Origin: Steroidobacteraceae bacterium
GTDB taxonomy: Bacteria > Pseudomonadota > Gammaproteobacteria > Steroidobacterales > Steroidobacteraceae
Reading direction: 5' to 3'
Assembly: GCA_035252605.1 (NCBI GenBank)
Contig: DATFCZ010000123.1
Location: forward strand, 6,632-70,631
DNA length: 64,000 nt
Both the position numbers and the translations under genes were made by a program. Shown here piece by piece: positions 25,998 to 36,560 of the stretch. Each line of letters begins with the position of its first letter. Position 1 is the first letter of the stretch. The notes beneath the pieces were generated by a model. That model was not told the origin of the DNA. It searched no databases and saw nothing but the letters and a program-made list of their open reading frames with translations.

Positions 25998-28055
25998 TCA
26001 TACCGATTCCAGCTTGACTTTTTCGTTGTAATTGGGCAACAACGAGGCGTTCACGCGCGGTAGCCGCACTGCGAAGCGCGCTCCTTCCCCGCCCGGTAAA
26101 TCCGTTGCCGCGACTTCGCCCCGGTGGTACTCGGCAATGAGGCGCACGATGTAGAGGCCAAGCCCGAAGTGCGGCCGGCTGTCACTGCCGGTGCGTGACT
26201 GCCAAAGCGACTCGAAGAGCCGTCCGCGCGCTTCGGGCACGAGCGGCGGGCCGGGATTGTCGACTTCGAGCACGGCCGCATCGGACTCCCGCCGCAGGCG
26301 CACGGTGATGGTGGCGCCGGCGGGACTGAAATCGACCGCATTGTCGATGAGCTTGTCGAGAAGCTGCACGATCAGATCCGGCGCACCCTCGATCTCGAGC
26401 GGCTCTTCCGTCAGCTCGCCCGCGAAGCGGCGCTGCGGAAATGCGACGCGGTACGCACTTACGGCGGAGGCGATGATCGGGGTCAGATCGAAACGCGAGC
26501 GCTCCGCGTTGCCAATCGCTTCCTCCACTCGCGTCGCCGCGCCCATCGCCACGAGGATCGCATTCAGGCGCTCGCTCCCCTGGCGCGCACGCTCGAGATA
26601 TTGGCGCGCCGCGGCTGGCACCTCCTCGGACTCGAGGTTCTCGAGCGAGGAGCGCACGATGGTGAGCGGCGTGCGGATCTCGTGCGCGAGTTTACCCGCG
26701 AGTGAGCGCAGATAACTGGTGTACTCGTTGAGACGGCCGAGGAGGCGGGAGAAGCTGCGCGCCACGTCCCCGAGCTCATCAGCGGCGGTGGTTTCCGGGA
26801 ACTCGGTCACGAGCGCAGCGCGGGCGCTCGGTTGGCTCGCGCTGTCCAAAACGGTTTGCGGTGGTTTCGCGAGCGCCGATTCACTCGCCCGGCGCAGCCG
26901 CGAGAGTCGCAGCGCCAGCCGGGCGGCGAACGCGAATGTGACAATAACCAGAATGGCGCTCGTCACCAGCGTCCAGTCGAGCATGCGGGTGAGCGCGCGA
27001 TCGCGCAGCCCCTCCCAGCGGTTGGCGGCCTGTGTCACCTCGATCTCGCCGATCGCCGTGTGATGGCCGCTGTCGTAGATCGGAGCGGCGGATGCGATGA
27101 ACTGCGGCTCGCGCTCGCGGTCGACGAACCGCCGGTAGATCTGTGTCAGGACGCCGGGCTCGGGCGCCAGCACGCCCGGCACCGCGAGCTCGTCCGACTG
27201 TGCCAGGACCGAGCCCGCCGGCGTGCTCACCGACAGCCGCATTCCCGGCTGCATGAACTGCGCGAGGTATGGAGTCAGCGAGGGCGAGGCTACGATGAGA
27301 CCCCCGAGCGTATGCAGGTCGGTGCTGCGCAGCGTTCCATAGCTCAGCGGATCGAGGCCACGCTGGTCGCGATCGTCGAGCTCCACGCCGAACTGTCGGC
27401 CCACCATCGAGAGCGGCATGGCGAGCTCGACCTCGTACCCGCCGGGATGCGGTTGCAGCGCACCGACGATGCGCGGATCCTCCACCGCGCTCTCCTCGCC
27501 GTACTCCCCGGTTTCGATCCGCCTCGCAATGATGGGCCCCGGTCCGGTGAGTGCGAGGAAGACCTGCTCCTGTGCGTGCTGCGGATCCTCGTAGCCGATC
27601 CAGACACGATCACCGAGCGCGGCAGAATCGAGCGGATTCGCGCCGGGCGCATCGAACACCAGATGAGGATCGCGCACTTCGAGCAGTACGTAGAGCATGC
27701 GGTCATAGACGCCGGTCAGAATACGGAAGCGATGCGCGCCACTGCCGTAGCGCCGCCAGGCGCCCGGCTCAGGGGGCCAGTCATCCGCATAACCGTCGAT
27801 GTACGGCGGCGCCGTCAGTGCGAGCGGCGTGAGGTCATAGGGACCGACGTCGCTCGGCGCGCTCTGCCCGGGGTTGCGGTAGAGCAGGTCCATCCGCCCC
27901 TGGAGCGAGGCAGCCATGGTTTCGGCTACGGCCTGCAAGGCGTGCTGCTCGCTTTCCCGCAGAGCGGCTTCCATCTCCCGGGCGTAGCGAATGCCGGTCC
28001 AGGGCAGCACCAGGGTCGCAAGGCCTAGGAGCAGCAGCTTCAGTCGCAGCGACAT
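25998..28055 (-). CDS. Sensor histidine kinase with large periplasmic domain
   Basis: TM1 at residues 5-25, a periplasmic region of about 330 aa, and TM2 (WTLVTSAILVIVTFAFAARLAL). H-box LAHEIRTPL, N-box DKLIDNAVDF, G-boxes VDNPGPP and GLGLYIV. Confidence 0.85.
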   Translation of the reverse strand: MSLRLKLLLLGLATLVLPWTGIRYAREMEAALRESEQHALQAVAETMAASLQGRMDLLYRNPGQSAPSDVGPYDLTPLALTAPPYIDGYADDWPPEPGAWRRYGSGAHRFRILTGVYDRMLYVLLEVRDPHLVFDAPGANPLDSAALGDRVWIGYEDPQHAQEQVFLALTGPGPIIARRIETGEYGEESAVEDPRIVGALQPHPGGYEVELAMPLSMVGRQFGVELDDRDQRGLDPLSYGTLRSTDLHTLGGLIVASPSLTPYLAQFMQPGMRLSVSTPAGSVLAQSDELAVPGVLAPEPGVLTQIYRRFVDREREPQFIASAAPIYDSGHHTAIGEIEVTQAANRWEGLRDRALTRMLDWTLVTSAILVIVTFAFAARLALRLSRLRRASESALAKPPQTVLDSASQPSARAALVTEFPETTAADELGDVARSFSRLLGRLNEYTSYLRSLAGKLAHEIRTPLTIVRSSLENLESEEVPAAARQYLERARQGSERLNAILVAMGAATRVEEAIGNAERSRFDLTPIIASAVSAYRVAFPQRRFAGELTEEPLEIEGAPDLIVQLLDKLIDNAVDFSPAGATITVRLRRESDAAVLEVDNPGPPLVPEARGRLFESLWQSRTGSDSRPHFGLGLYIVRLIAEYHRGEVAATDLPGGEGARFAVRLPRVNASLLPNYNEKVKLESV

Positions 28056-28062
28056 CGACGCT

Positions 28063-28755
28063 TCAATCGACCCAGCGGTAACCCATCCCGTAGACGGTCT
28101 GCAGGGCGTCGAACGTGGGCTCGATGCTCTGGAACTTGCGCCGGATCCGCTTCACGTGCGAGGTGATGGTGTTGTCGTCGAGCACCACGTTGGCCGCGTC
28201 CATCAGTTGCTGCCGGTTCTTCACGTGCCCCGGATGACGGGCCAACGCATGCACGATCCAGAATTCCGTCAGCGAGAGCAGCACCACCTTGCCGTCCCAC
28301 TCCACGCGCATGCGCTCGGCGTCGAGCGCAAGCGGTCCGCGACGCACCATCTGGGCTTCATCGCCCGCCGGCTTGCGCAGCGCATCCACCCGGCGGAAAA
28401 GAGCGTTCACCCGCGCAATGAGGTGGGCGAGGCTGAGGTCCTTGGTGAGGAAATCATCCGCTCCGAGGCGCAGTCCCGATACCGCATCGAGCTCCGAATC
28501 GCGCGCCGTGAGGAAGATGATCGGCAGCTCCGCCGAGAGCGCCCGCAGCTGCCGGCAGAGCTCGAATCCCCCTTCCGGCTCCTCCTCGAGCGAGATGTCG
28601 ATCACTGCCAGGTCGGGCAGGCGCGCGGCAAAGGCCGCCATCGCCGCGCCCCGATCGCCATAGGTGCGCACGAGATAGCCCTCGCGCGCGAATGCCGCGG
28701 CGTAGTTGTCACGGATGGCCGGCTCGTCTTCCACGATGGCGATGAGGCGCTTCAT
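28063..28755 (-). CDS. OmpR-family two-component response regulator
   Basis: Start trimmed to ATG 28755 (MKRLIAIVEDEP). REC domain plus winged-helix C-terminus ending GMGYRW. 7-nt gap to the kinase gene. Confidence 0.9.
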   Translation of the reverse strand: MKRLIAIVEDEPAIRDNYAAAFAREGYLVRTYGDRGAAMAAFAARLPDLAVIDISLEEEPEGGFELCRQLRALSAELPIIFLTARDSELDAVSGLRLGADDFLTKDLSLAHLIARVNALFRRVDALRKPAGDEAQMVRRGPLALDAERMRVEWDGKVVLLSLTEFWIVHALARHPGHVKNRQQLMDAANVVLDDNTITSHVKRIRRKFQSIEPTFDALQTVYGMGYRWVD

Positions 28756-28833
28756 GAGCCGATTATAGGGGTATGGGAGGGGTTGCTTGCGGCCATGGCC
28801 GGGCTGTGGCGGCGCTGGTATCGTGCGCCCGGT

Positions 28834-30126
28834 ATGAAGATACCCGAGATCCTGATGGTCGAGACCGTCCACCAGCCCGGAAGCCTTGCGAAAGTGCTGC
28901 AGGTCATCGCCGAGGCGGGTCTCACCATCGAGCATCTGGTCGCGTTGCGGCGCGACCAGGGACGCACCCTCTGGGAGATCACGCTCGAGATGGACGAGGA
29001 GGCGAATCGGAGCCTCTACGAGCGCATCGACCAGCTGCCGACGGCCCGCTTCATCGGCAAGTCCGACCGTGTCTTCAATCGTCACCGCGGCGGCAAGATC
29101 CGCACGGTTGCGAGTCTCCCGATCAACACCCTGCAGGTGCTGCGCGACATCTACACGCCGGGCGTCGCGCGGGTGTGTCTTGCCATCCAGAAGGACCCTC
29201 AGGCCGCGCACGAGTTCACCAGCATCGATAGCACCGTGGCCGTGGTCACCAACGGCACGGCGGTGCTCGGTCTCGGCAACATCGGCCCGCTCGCCGGGCT
29301 GCCGGTCATGGAGGGCAAGGCGGCGCTGTTCGCCGACCTCGTCGGGCTGTCAGCGGTGCCGATCCTGATCGAGGAGCGGCAGCCGGATCAGGTGGCGGAC
29401 ATCGTCGCCCGCATTCATCTGTCCTTCGGTGCCGTGCAACTCGAGGACTTTGCCGCGCCCGAGTGCTTCGAGATCGAGCGCCTGTTGCGGGAGAGACTGC
29501 GCAAGCCCGTGTTGCACGATGACCAACATGGCACCGCGGTGGTGGCGCTTGCCGCGTTGACCAACGCCGCGCGGCGGGCAGGCAAGAGCTGGGAGGAAAG
29601 CGTGATCGGCCAGATCGGGCTCGGCGCGGCGGGGCTCGGGATCGTGCGGCTGCTGCGCGCCGGCGGGGCGAAATGCGTGCTCGGCGCCGATCGCAACGCG
29701 GATGCGGTGGCGCGTCTGGTTGCGCTGGGAGGCGAAGGCGCGACGCTGCAAACCATCATGCAGCGCGCCGACATCGTGATTGCGACCACCGGCGTCAAGG
29801 GTCTGATCAGACCGGAGTGGGTGCGCCCGGGCCAGGTGATCCTCGCGCTTTCGAATCCTGATCCGGAGATCGAGCCGCTTGCGGCGAGGGAGCGCGGCGC
29901 GGCGTTCGCGGCCGACGGCAAGGGAATCAACAACGTGCTCGCCTTCCCCGGCCTCTTCAAGGGAGCGCTCGCCGCGCGCGCGCTGCGCTTCACCGATGCG
30001 ATGCTCATGGCGGCCGCGCGCGCCATTGCCGAGCAGGCCGCGCCCGATGCGCTGGTGCCCGACCCGCTCGACAAGTCCGTGCACGAGCGGGTCGCGGCCG
30101 CGGTGCAGCGGGCTGCCGAAGCCTAA
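28834..30126 (+). CDS. NAD(P)-dependent malic enzyme with N-terminal ACT domain
   Basis: Start trimmed to ATG 28834; the track ORF extension is antisense to the regulator gene. ACT-like first 75 aa, then malic-enzyme motifs [31 protein letters not shown] and GLGAAGLG. Confidence 0.85.
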   Translation: MKIPEILMVETVHQPGSLAKVLQVIAEAGLTIEHLVALRRDQGRTLWEITLEMDEEANRSLYERIDQLPTARFIGKSDRVFNRHRGGKIRTVASLPINTLQVLRDIYTPGVARVCLAIQKDPQAAHEFTSIDSTVAVVTNGTAVLGLGNIGPLAGLPVMEGKAALFADLVGLSAVPILIEERQPDQVADIVARIHLSFGAVQLEDFAAPECFEIERLLRERLRKPVLHDDQHGTAVVALAALTNAARRAGKSWEESVIGQIGLGAAGLGIVRLLRAGGAKCVLGADRNADAVARLVALGGEGATLQTIMQRADIVIATTGVKGLIRPEWVRPGQVILALSNPDPEIEPLAARERGAAFAADGKGINNVLAFPGLFKGALAARALRFTDAMLMAAARAIAEQAAPDALVPDPLDKSVHERVAAAVQRAAEA

Positions 30127-31007
30127 GCCGGAACCGCCTCCGGTCCCATGAAGCCTTTCAGCTTGCCGAGCGCGTTCGACTCGATCTGACGGATGCGCTC
30201 CGCCGAGACTCCGTACTTGTCGGCCAGCTCGTGCAGGGTCGCTTTGTGCTCGCTCATCCAGCGGCGCTGCACTATGTCACGGCTGCGGTCGTCCAGATGC
30301 TCGAGCGCATCGTGAAGCCGCGCCGAGGAGTCGTCTTCCCACTCCGCGCTTTCCACCCGCTCTGCCGGATCGGCATTGGGCGCCGGCAGATAAGCGGCAG
30401 GACTGTAGGTCTCCTCTTCGTCCGTCTCCGGCGTCGGGTCGAATGACAGGTCGCGGGCCGCGAGGCGCTTCTCCATTTCGGTCACCTCGGTCGGCGTGAC
30501 GCCGAGGTCGCGCGCAACGGCCGCGGTCTCCTCCGCGGACAGCCACGTCAGGTTCTTCTTCAGGCGGCGCAGGTTGAAGAAGAGCTTACGCTGCGCCTTG
30601 GTGGTGGCGATCTTGACCAGCCGCCAGTTGCGCAGCACATATTCGTGGATCTCTGCCCGGATCCAATGGACCGCGAAGGACACCAAGCGCACGTTGAGCG
30701 CCGGGTCGAACCGCTTGACCGCCTTCATCAGGCCGACGTTGCCCTCCTGAATGAGGTCTCCGACCGGCAGCCCGTAACCGCTGTACCCGCGCGCGATGTG
30801 CACCACGAAACGCAGATGCGAGAGCACCAGCTGGCGGGCGGCGTCGAGGTCGTCGTGGGAGCGGAAGCGCTCGGCCAGCTTGCGCTCCTCTTCCCGGCTC
30901 AGCACCGGGATTCGGCTCACGCGATCGAGGTAGGCGTCCAGGCTCCCGACCGGACCGGCCAGCGCCAGATCACCGGGGCGGGCAATCAATGCGGTATTTG
31001 CGGTCAT
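30123..31007 (-). CDS. rpoH: RNA polymerase sigma-32 (heat-shock sigma factor)
   Basis: 294 aa from ATG 31007. RpoH box [12 protein letters not shown], with sigma-70 regions 2 and 4. Confidence 0.9.
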   Translation of the reverse strand: MTANTALIARPGDLALAGPVGSLDAYLDRVSRIPVLSREEERKLAERFRSHDDLDAARQLVLSHLRFVVHIARGYSGYGLPVGDLIQEGNVGLMKAVKRFDPALNVRLVSFAVHWIRAEIHEYVLRNWRLVKIATTKAQRKLFFNLRRLKKNLTWLSAEETAAVARDLGVTPTEVTEMEKRLAARDLSFDPTPETDEEETYSPAAYLPAPNADPAERVESAEWEDDSSARLHDALEHLDDRSRDIVQRRWMSEHKATLHELADKYGVSAERIRQIESNALGKLKGFMGPEAVPA

Positions 31008-31036
31008 GCAGTCTCCGAATTCATTGGACAGGCATT

Positions 31037-31063
31037 TTAGCACTCGCGGTATTTGAGTGCTAA
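31037..31063. promoter_or_regulatory. CIRCE element (HrcA operator), perfect consensus
   Basis: TTAGCACTC-GCGGTATTT-GAGTGCTAA equals TTAGCACTC-N9-GAGTGCTAA. Lies 30-56 nt upstream of the rpoH start codon. Confidence 0.85.
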
Positions 31064-31161
31064 TGGGCCCGCAAGTTCCCCGGGCGCGCCGGCTTTTACC
31101 CTTATCGCCCAGCAGCTTGCGCCTTTCCGGGGACCCCGGGAATCCCCCTGAAGGGGGGTCA

Positions 31162-32096
31162 TCACCCCACCTCGAGGACGACCTTACCCTGGGCGTGATG
31201 CCGCTCGAGCTGGGCCTGAGCCTGGCGCGCGTCCTTGAGCTCGAACACCGCGCAGATATGGGGATGCACCCGGCCCTCGTCAATCAGGCGCCCGATCTCG
31301 ATGAGCTCACCACGATCCGGATGGGCGATGAAATTCTCTGCCCGGGCGTGAAGCTCGCGGGCGCGGTCGGCGGAGGGCCGTGCCAGCGAGGAGATCATCG
31401 TCCCCCCGTCCTTGAGCACTGCCCAGGAGCGCTCCTGCGTCTCGCCCGCCACGAGGTCGAGCACCAGGTCGACCTTGTCCACCTCCTCCTCGAACCGCTC
31501 GCGGGTGTAGTCGATCACCTGGTCGGCACCGAGATGTCGGGTGAATTCCACATCCTGGCTCGCGACCGTCGTCGCAACCGTTGCGCCCTTGGCTCTCGCG
31601 AACTGCACGGCGAGATGCCCCACGCCGCCGGCGCCGCCATGGATCAGCACGCGCTGGCCGGCCTGAAGACGGCCGTGATCGAAGAGGCCCTGCCAGGCCG
31701 TGAGTCCGGCGAGGGGCACGGCTGCGGCCGAACGTAATCGAGCACCGCGGGCTTGGGCGCCACCAGCTCGGCCCTCACGGTGACGTACTCGGCGTAGCCG
31801 CCCGGGCCGCCATCGAGCATGGCGTAGACCGTGTCGCCTTCCTTGAAGTTGCGCACCGCCCGACCACAGCGCGCGACCTCGCCCGCAACGTCGCGGCCGA
31901 GCACCTTGGGCAATTGATCCTGTTTCACGACGGGGTAAGCGCCCGAGCGGATCTTGTAGTCCACCGGGTTGACGCTCGCGGCGCGAACCCTGATCAGCAC
32001 CTCCTCGTCGCCGGGCTGCGGCATCTCGATGTCGGTGAGCTCGAGCACCTCGGGCCCACCGAAAGAGCGGATGCGCACGGCTTTCATGGTGGTCAT
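31162..32096 (-). pseudogene. NADPH:quinone oxidoreductase / zeta-crystallin-like MDR gene with an apparent 1-nt frameshift
   Basis: The N-terminal 120 aa (MTTMKAVRIRSFGGPEVLEL...APKPAVLDY) are in one frame. The continuation (AAAVPLAGLTAWQGLF...GGAGGVGHLAVQFAK...) is in another. The join is near 31730-31737. Confidence 0.7.
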
Positions 32097-32242
32097 GGCG
32101 ATCTCCGGCCAAAAGTGTCGGACGGCAGAATCAATCATCGCGCGCGGCGAGGGTTCCGCGCCGCGCCGGCCCCGCGGCCTGATATTTTCAGGTGCCATTT
32201 ATGCGTATTGCGTAGGCTGCGCGTCCCGGTAAAGTCGCAGCC

Positions 32243-32821
32243 GTGGGGGGTTTCATGCAGGCACGGACTTCGGAGCGGATCGAGCAGGCCACCGCGGCGC
32301 TCGCCCAGCCGGCGCGCTACGACGGCGTCAGCATTGCCCTTCACTGGCTGACCGCCGCGCTGGTGGTGATCCTGTGGACGCTCGGACAGACCATCGACTT
32401 CTTCCCCAAGGGATCTCCCAGAATCGACGCGCGCTCGATGCACATCGTGCTCGGCGCGGCGCTCGGGCTCATGCTGTTCGCGCGCGTCCTGTGGCGCGTG
32501 AGCGCGGGCCGCAGCCTGCCGCCGGCAGACTCGGGCTGGATCGGCCTCCTGGCCAAGCTGGTGCATTACGGCCTCTACGCGCTGGTCGGAACGACCGTAG
32601 TGCTCGGCGTGTTCAACGCTTGGCAACGTGGCGATGCGCTCTTCAATCTCTACACGCTGCCGAAGCTGGTCCCCGGCGATCGGGCGCTCACGAGAACGCT
32701 CGCATGGCTGCACGGCGATCTCGCCGATCTCGTGCTGATCGTGGCGGGCCTGCACGCCGCTGCCGCGCTGGCGCATCATTACCTGCTGCGCGACCCGGTG
32801 CTTCGCCGGATGCTCCCCTAG
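32243..32821 (+). CDS. Cytochrome b561 family protein
   Basis: 192 aa with four TM helices. Conserved His positions (ALHWLTA, HIVLG, LHGDLA, LAHHY) are typical of CybB-like proteins. Confidence 0.8.
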   Translation: MGGFMQARTSERIEQATAALAQPARYDGVSIALHWLTAALVVILWTLGQTIDFFPKGSPRIDARSMHIVLGAALGLMLFARVLWRVSAGRSLPPADSGWIGLLAKLVHYGLYALVGTTVVLGVFNAWQRGDALFNLYTLPKLVPGDRALTRTLAWLHGDLADLVLIVAGLHAAAALAHHYLLRDPVLRRMLP

Positions 32822-32827
32822 CGCGCC

Positions 32828-33643
32828 ATGCCGGAGCTACCCGAGGTCGAGACGACGCGGCGGGGTCTCGAGCCACACATCGCCGGCCGGCGCATCGTGG
32901 CGCTTGCGGTGCACGAGCCGCGGCTGCGCTGGCCGGTGCCGGACGATCTGCCGGCGAAGCTCGCCGGACAGCGGATCACCGGCTTGGGAAGACGCGCCAA
33001 GTACCTGCTGATCGCTCTGGACTCGGGCACGCTGCTCGTACATCTCGGCATGTCGGGAACGCTGCGCGTTCTGGCCGCCGACGCGCCGCGCATCGCGCAC
33101 GATCACTACGACCTGCTGCTCGAGTCCGGGCACACGGTGCGGTTCAACGATCCGCGCCGCTTCGGCAGCCTGCACTATACGAGCGGCGACCCGCGCCAGC
33201 ACCCGCTGCTCGCGCGGCTCGCACCCGAGCCTTTCGACCGCGAGTTCGACGCCAACTACCTGTGGCGGATCACCCGGCGTCGCCGGGCATCGATCAAGCA
33301 GGTGTTGATGAACAGCCGGCTGGTCGTCGGCGTCGGGAACATCTATGCCAGCGAGGCGCTCTTTCGGGCGCGGATCCGGCCGCGCCGGCGGGCGCAGAGC
33401 CTCTCGCGGCAGGAGGCAGCCCGGCTGGCGAAGGCGGTGCGGGCGGTGTTCTCAATGGCGATCAAGGTCGGCGGGACGACCCTGCGGGACTACGTCGGAG
33501 CGGACGGAGAGCCGGGATACTTCCGGCAGAAGTTGTACGTGTATGAGCGGGCAGGAAAGCCGTGTCGGGTGTGTCGCACCGCGATCCGGCAGATCACCCA
33601 ACAGGGCAGGTCGACGTACTACTGTCCGAAGTGTCAGAAGTGA
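32828..33643 (+). CDS. mutM: Formamidopyrimidine-DNA glycosylase
   Basis: N-terminal MPELPEVE and C-terminal zinc finger CRVC...CPKC, with H2TH region. Confidence 0.92.
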   Translation: MPELPEVETTRRGLEPHIAGRRIVALAVHEPRLRWPVPDDLPAKLAGQRITGLGRRAKYLLIALDSGTLLVHLGMSGTLRVLAADAPRIAHDHYDLLLESGHTVRFNDPRRFGSLHYTSGDPRQHPLLARLAPEPFDREFDANYLWRITRRRRASIKQVLMNSRLVVGVGNIYASEALFRARIRPRRRAQSLSRQEAARLAKAVRAVFSMAIKVGGTTLRDYVGADGEPGYFRQKLYVYERAGKPCRVCRTAIRQITQQGRSTYYCPKCQK

Positions 33644-33759
33644 TGCGCCGGGCGCATCACAAAACACCCTTGGCCAGAACGCCGCAAGTACATCCCTGTA
33701 GGCTCGCGCGCCGGCTCTTGCCGGCGAGCGTCTGGCCAAGAGATATCTTGCGCTGCGCT

Positions 33760-34245
33760 CTAAGTCACTTTCCGGTGCTTCTTGAGTTCGGCCTCCACGA
33801 TCGGATGCACGAACTCGTGCACGTCACCGCCCAACACCGCGATCTCGCGCACGAGCGAGGAGGAGATGAAGGTGAACTGCTCCTGGGGGGTGAGGAACAC
33901 CGTCTCGATGTCGCGGTCGAGGTGGCGGTTCATGTTGGCGAGCTGGAACTCGAACTCGAAGTCCGAGACCGCTCGCAGCCCGCGGATGATCACCGCGCCG
34001 TGGTGTTTGCGGGCGAACTCGACGGTGAGCTCGGAGTAGCCGAGCACTTCGACGTTGGGCAGATCATCGAGCACGCGGCGCGCGAGGTCGATGCGCGCAT
34101 CGAGCGGAAAGAGGGGAGCCTTGTTGAGGTTGGAGGCGATGGCGACGATGACGCGGTCGAAGATTCCGGCCGCGCGGCGCACCAGGTCCTGGTGGCCGTT
34201 GGTGATCGGGTCGAAGGTGCCCGGATAGATGGCGTTGCGGCTCAT
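33760..34245 (-). CDS. coaD: Phosphopantetheine adenylyltransferase
   Basis: Start trimmed to ATG 34245. [12 protein letters not shown] motif. ATGA overlap with the rsmD stop. Confidence 0.92.
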   Translation of the reverse strand: MSRNAIYPGTFDPITNGHQDLVRRAAGIFDRVIVAIASNLNKAPLFPLDARIDLARRVLDDLPNVEVLGYSELTVEFARKHHGAVIIRGLRAVSDFEFEFQLANMNRHLDRDIETVFLTPQEQFTFISSSLVREIAVLGGDVHEFVHPIVEAELKKHRKVT

Positions 34246-34850
34246 TCGATGTCTGTCCCCCGCGCAGCTCGCGAGTAGAGATGATACCCGACCTCGCCGG
34301 CCCGCTTCCCCTTCAGGGCGCTCCAGCTCTGCGGAATGAGCGGCGTGGCTGAAGCCGGGCATTCGACGTAGATGAGCGCACCGTTGGCAAGCCAGCCGCC
34401 TTGCTCGAGGCGCTGCGCGCTCTCCTCGAGCAGTCCGGCGGCGAAAGGCGGGTCGAGGAACACGAGGTCGAACGGCGCGGCAGGTGTCCGCTCGAGAAAG
34501 GCGCGCGCGTCGGCGTGCTCGACGCTCCCCTGGTGAGCGCCCCATTCCGTCAGGCGCGCGGCGATTTCGCGCGCCGCGGCGGGGTCGCGCTCGACGAAGG
34601 TGACCTGCGCGGCGCCCCGAGAGAGCGCCTCGAGGCCGAGCGCGCCGCTGCCGGCGAACAGATCGAGGCAGTGCGCGCCCGGCACGCGCGAGCTGAGCCA
34701 GTTGAAGAGCGTCTCGCGCACGCGATCGGGCGTCGGGCGGATCTCGGGCGAGGCTGGGAAGCGCAGGCGCCGCCCGCGCCAGCTGCCGCCGATGATTCGT
34801 AGCGTCCGCGCGGAGCTGCCGCGGCGTACTGAGGGAGAGGGGCGGCTCAA
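34242..34850 (-). CDS. rsmD: 16S rRNA (guanine966-N2)-methyltransferase
   Basis: [30 protein letters not shown] and LDPPF motifs. Conserved rsmD-coaD pairing. Confidence 0.85.
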   Translation of the reverse strand: MSRPSPSVRRGSSARTLRIIGGSWRGRRLRFPASPEIRPTPDRVRETLFNWLSSRVPGAHCLDLFAGSGALGLEALSRGAAQVTFVERDPAAAREIAARLTEWGAHQGSVEHADARAFLERTPAAPFDLVFLDPPFAAGLLEESAQRLEQGGWLANGALIYVECPASATPLIPQSWSALKGKRAGEVGYHLYSRAARGTDIE

Positions 34851-34896
34851 GGGACTGCTCTCACGCCGCTACGATACACTACCGGTAGACAGATCC

Positions 34897-35871
34897 ATGT
34901 TCGGACGCAAACCCAAAGACGGCGCCGCCGAGGCCGAGGAGCGCCAAGGCTTCTTCAAGCGGCTGCGCACGCGGCTGAACCGCGGCAACTCCTGGCTCAC
35001 CTACGATCTGGCCGACCTCTTCAAAGGACGGCAGATCGATGCGCAGATTCTGGAGGAGCTCGAGACGCGCCTGCTTACCGCCGATGTCGGTGTCGAGGCT
35101 ACCGAGGACATCCTGACCAGGCTTCGCAGCCGCGTCGCGCGCAAGGAGCTCGCCGATGTCGAGGCGCTGGTCAACGCGTTGCGCGATGCCATCGTCGATA
35201 TCCTGGAGCCCTGCGCCCGAGCGCTGGTGATCGACGAAGGCGTCAAGCCGTTCGTGATCCTGGTGGTGGGCGTCAACGGCTCCGGCAAGACCACCACCAT
35301 CGGCAAGCTCGCCCGGCGCCTCGCCGACGAGGGGCGCAGCGTCACGCTTGCCGCCGGTGATACCTTTCGCGCGGCCGCCATCGAGCAATTGCATGTCTGG
35401 GCCGAGCGCGCCGGCGCCGTGTTCATCGCCCAGCGCGCGGGCGCCGATCCCGGGGCCGTCGTGTTCGATGCGCTGCAGTCGGCGCGTTCGCGCGGGGCTG
35501 ACGTGCTGTTGGCGGACACCGCGGGGCGATTGCACAGCCAGTCCCATCTGATGGAGGAGCTGAAGAAGGTGAAGCGCGTCATGCAGCGGGTCGAGCCTTC
35601 CGCCCCGCACGAAGTGCTGCTGGTCCTCGACGCCAACCAAGGTCAGAATGCGCTCTCCCAGGCCATCCAGTTCAACCAGGCGATCGGCGTGACCGGCATT
35701 GCCCTCACCAAGCTCGACGGCACCGCCAAGGGCGGCATCGTGATCGCCATTGCGCGCCGCCTCGGCCTCCCGATCCGCTTCATCGGCATCGGCGAGCAGC
35801 CGCAGGATTTCGGCGAGTTCGACGCCCGCGCCTTCGCCACCGCCCTGGTCGAGGGGCCGCGGGAGCCATGA
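34897..35871 (+). CDS. ftsY: Signal recognition particle receptor
   Basis: Start trimmed to ATG 34897. NG domain with [20 protein letters not shown] and TKLDG. Confidence 0.9.
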   Translation: MFGRKPKDGAAEAEERQGFFKRLRTRLNRGNSWLTYDLADLFKGRQIDAQILEELETRLLTADVGVEATEDILTRLRSRVARKELADVEALVNALRDAIVDILEPCARALVIDEGVKPFVILVVGVNGSGKTTTIGKLARRLADEGRSVTLAAGDTFRAAAIEQLHVWAERAGAVFIAQRAGADPGAVVFDALQSARSRGADVLLADTAGRLHSQSHLMEELKKVKRVMQRVEPSAPHEVLLVLDANQGQNALSQAIQFNQAIGVTGIALTKLDGTAKGGIVIAIARRLGLPIRFIGIGEQPQDFGEFDARAFATALVEGPREP

Positions 35872-36560
35872 TCGAATTCGAGCGGGTCAGCAAACGCTAC
35901 CCCAACGGACGGGAGGCCCTCACCAACGTCAGCTTCAGGATCGAGAGCGGCGAGATGGTGTTCCTCACCGGCCGCTCGGGCGCCGGCAAGAGCACGGTGC
36001 TGAAGCTCGTGGCGCTCCTCGAGCGGCCGACGCGCGGGACCGTGACGGTGAACGGCAAGAAGACGAGCGCCCTCAAAGCGCGCCACATTCCCGCATTCCG
36101 GCGTCACCTCGGTGTTGTATTTCAGGACCACAAGCTCCTCGCCGACCGGCCGGTGTTCGACAACGTCGCGTTGCCGCTCGTCGTCGCCGGCGCGCCGCTC
36201 AAAGAGATCGACAAGCGCGTGCGCGCCGCGCTCGATCAGGTGGGGCTCTTGGGCAAGGAGCGCATGCTGCCCGCGGAGCTCTCGGTGGGCGAGCAGCAGC
36301 GGGTCGGCATCGCGCGAGCCGTGGTCAGCAAGCCGCCGCTCATCATCGCCGATGAGCCGACGGGCAACCTCGATCCCGAGCTCTCGCTGGAGGTGATGCG
36401 GCTCTTTCGGCGCTTCAGCGACGTCGGGGTCACGGTACTCGTCGCGACTCACGATCAGCACATCGTGCGCGAGCTCGCCATGCGCGAGATCGTGCTCGAG
36501 AGTGGTGAGGTCAAGGACGGAGGAGGCGACTCCCTGCCGCATCTGGTGGCGCGCCGATGA
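35868..36560 (+). CDS. ftsE: Cell-division ABC ATPase
   Basis: [18 protein letters not shown] and [15 protein letters not shown] overlap with ftsY. Confidence 0.9.
   Translation: MIEFERVSKRYPNGREALTNVSFRIESGEMVFLTGRSGAGKSTVLKLVALLERPTRGTVTVNGKKTSALKARHIPAFRRHLGVVFQDHKLLADRPVFDNVALPLVVAGAPLKEIDKRVRAALDQVGLLGKERMLPAELSVGEQQRVGIARAVVSKPPLIIADEPTGNLDPELSLEVMRLFRRFSDVGVTVLVATHDQHIVRELAMREIVLESGEVKDGGGDSLPHLVARR

Noticed and set aside
25998-28755. Possibility that this kinase/regulator pair is the 'dedicated sortase system' two-component pair
   Set aside because: There is only a vague recollection-level resemblance in the kinase N-terminus. No sortase or LPXTG-target gene is present in the window, so the claim cannot be supported.
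27991-28833. 281-codon N-terminal extension of the malic-enzyme ORF
   Set aside because: The extension is antisense to the response-regulator gene and the 5' end of the kinase gene, and lacks any family resemblance. The ACT domain begins cleanly at ATG 28834.
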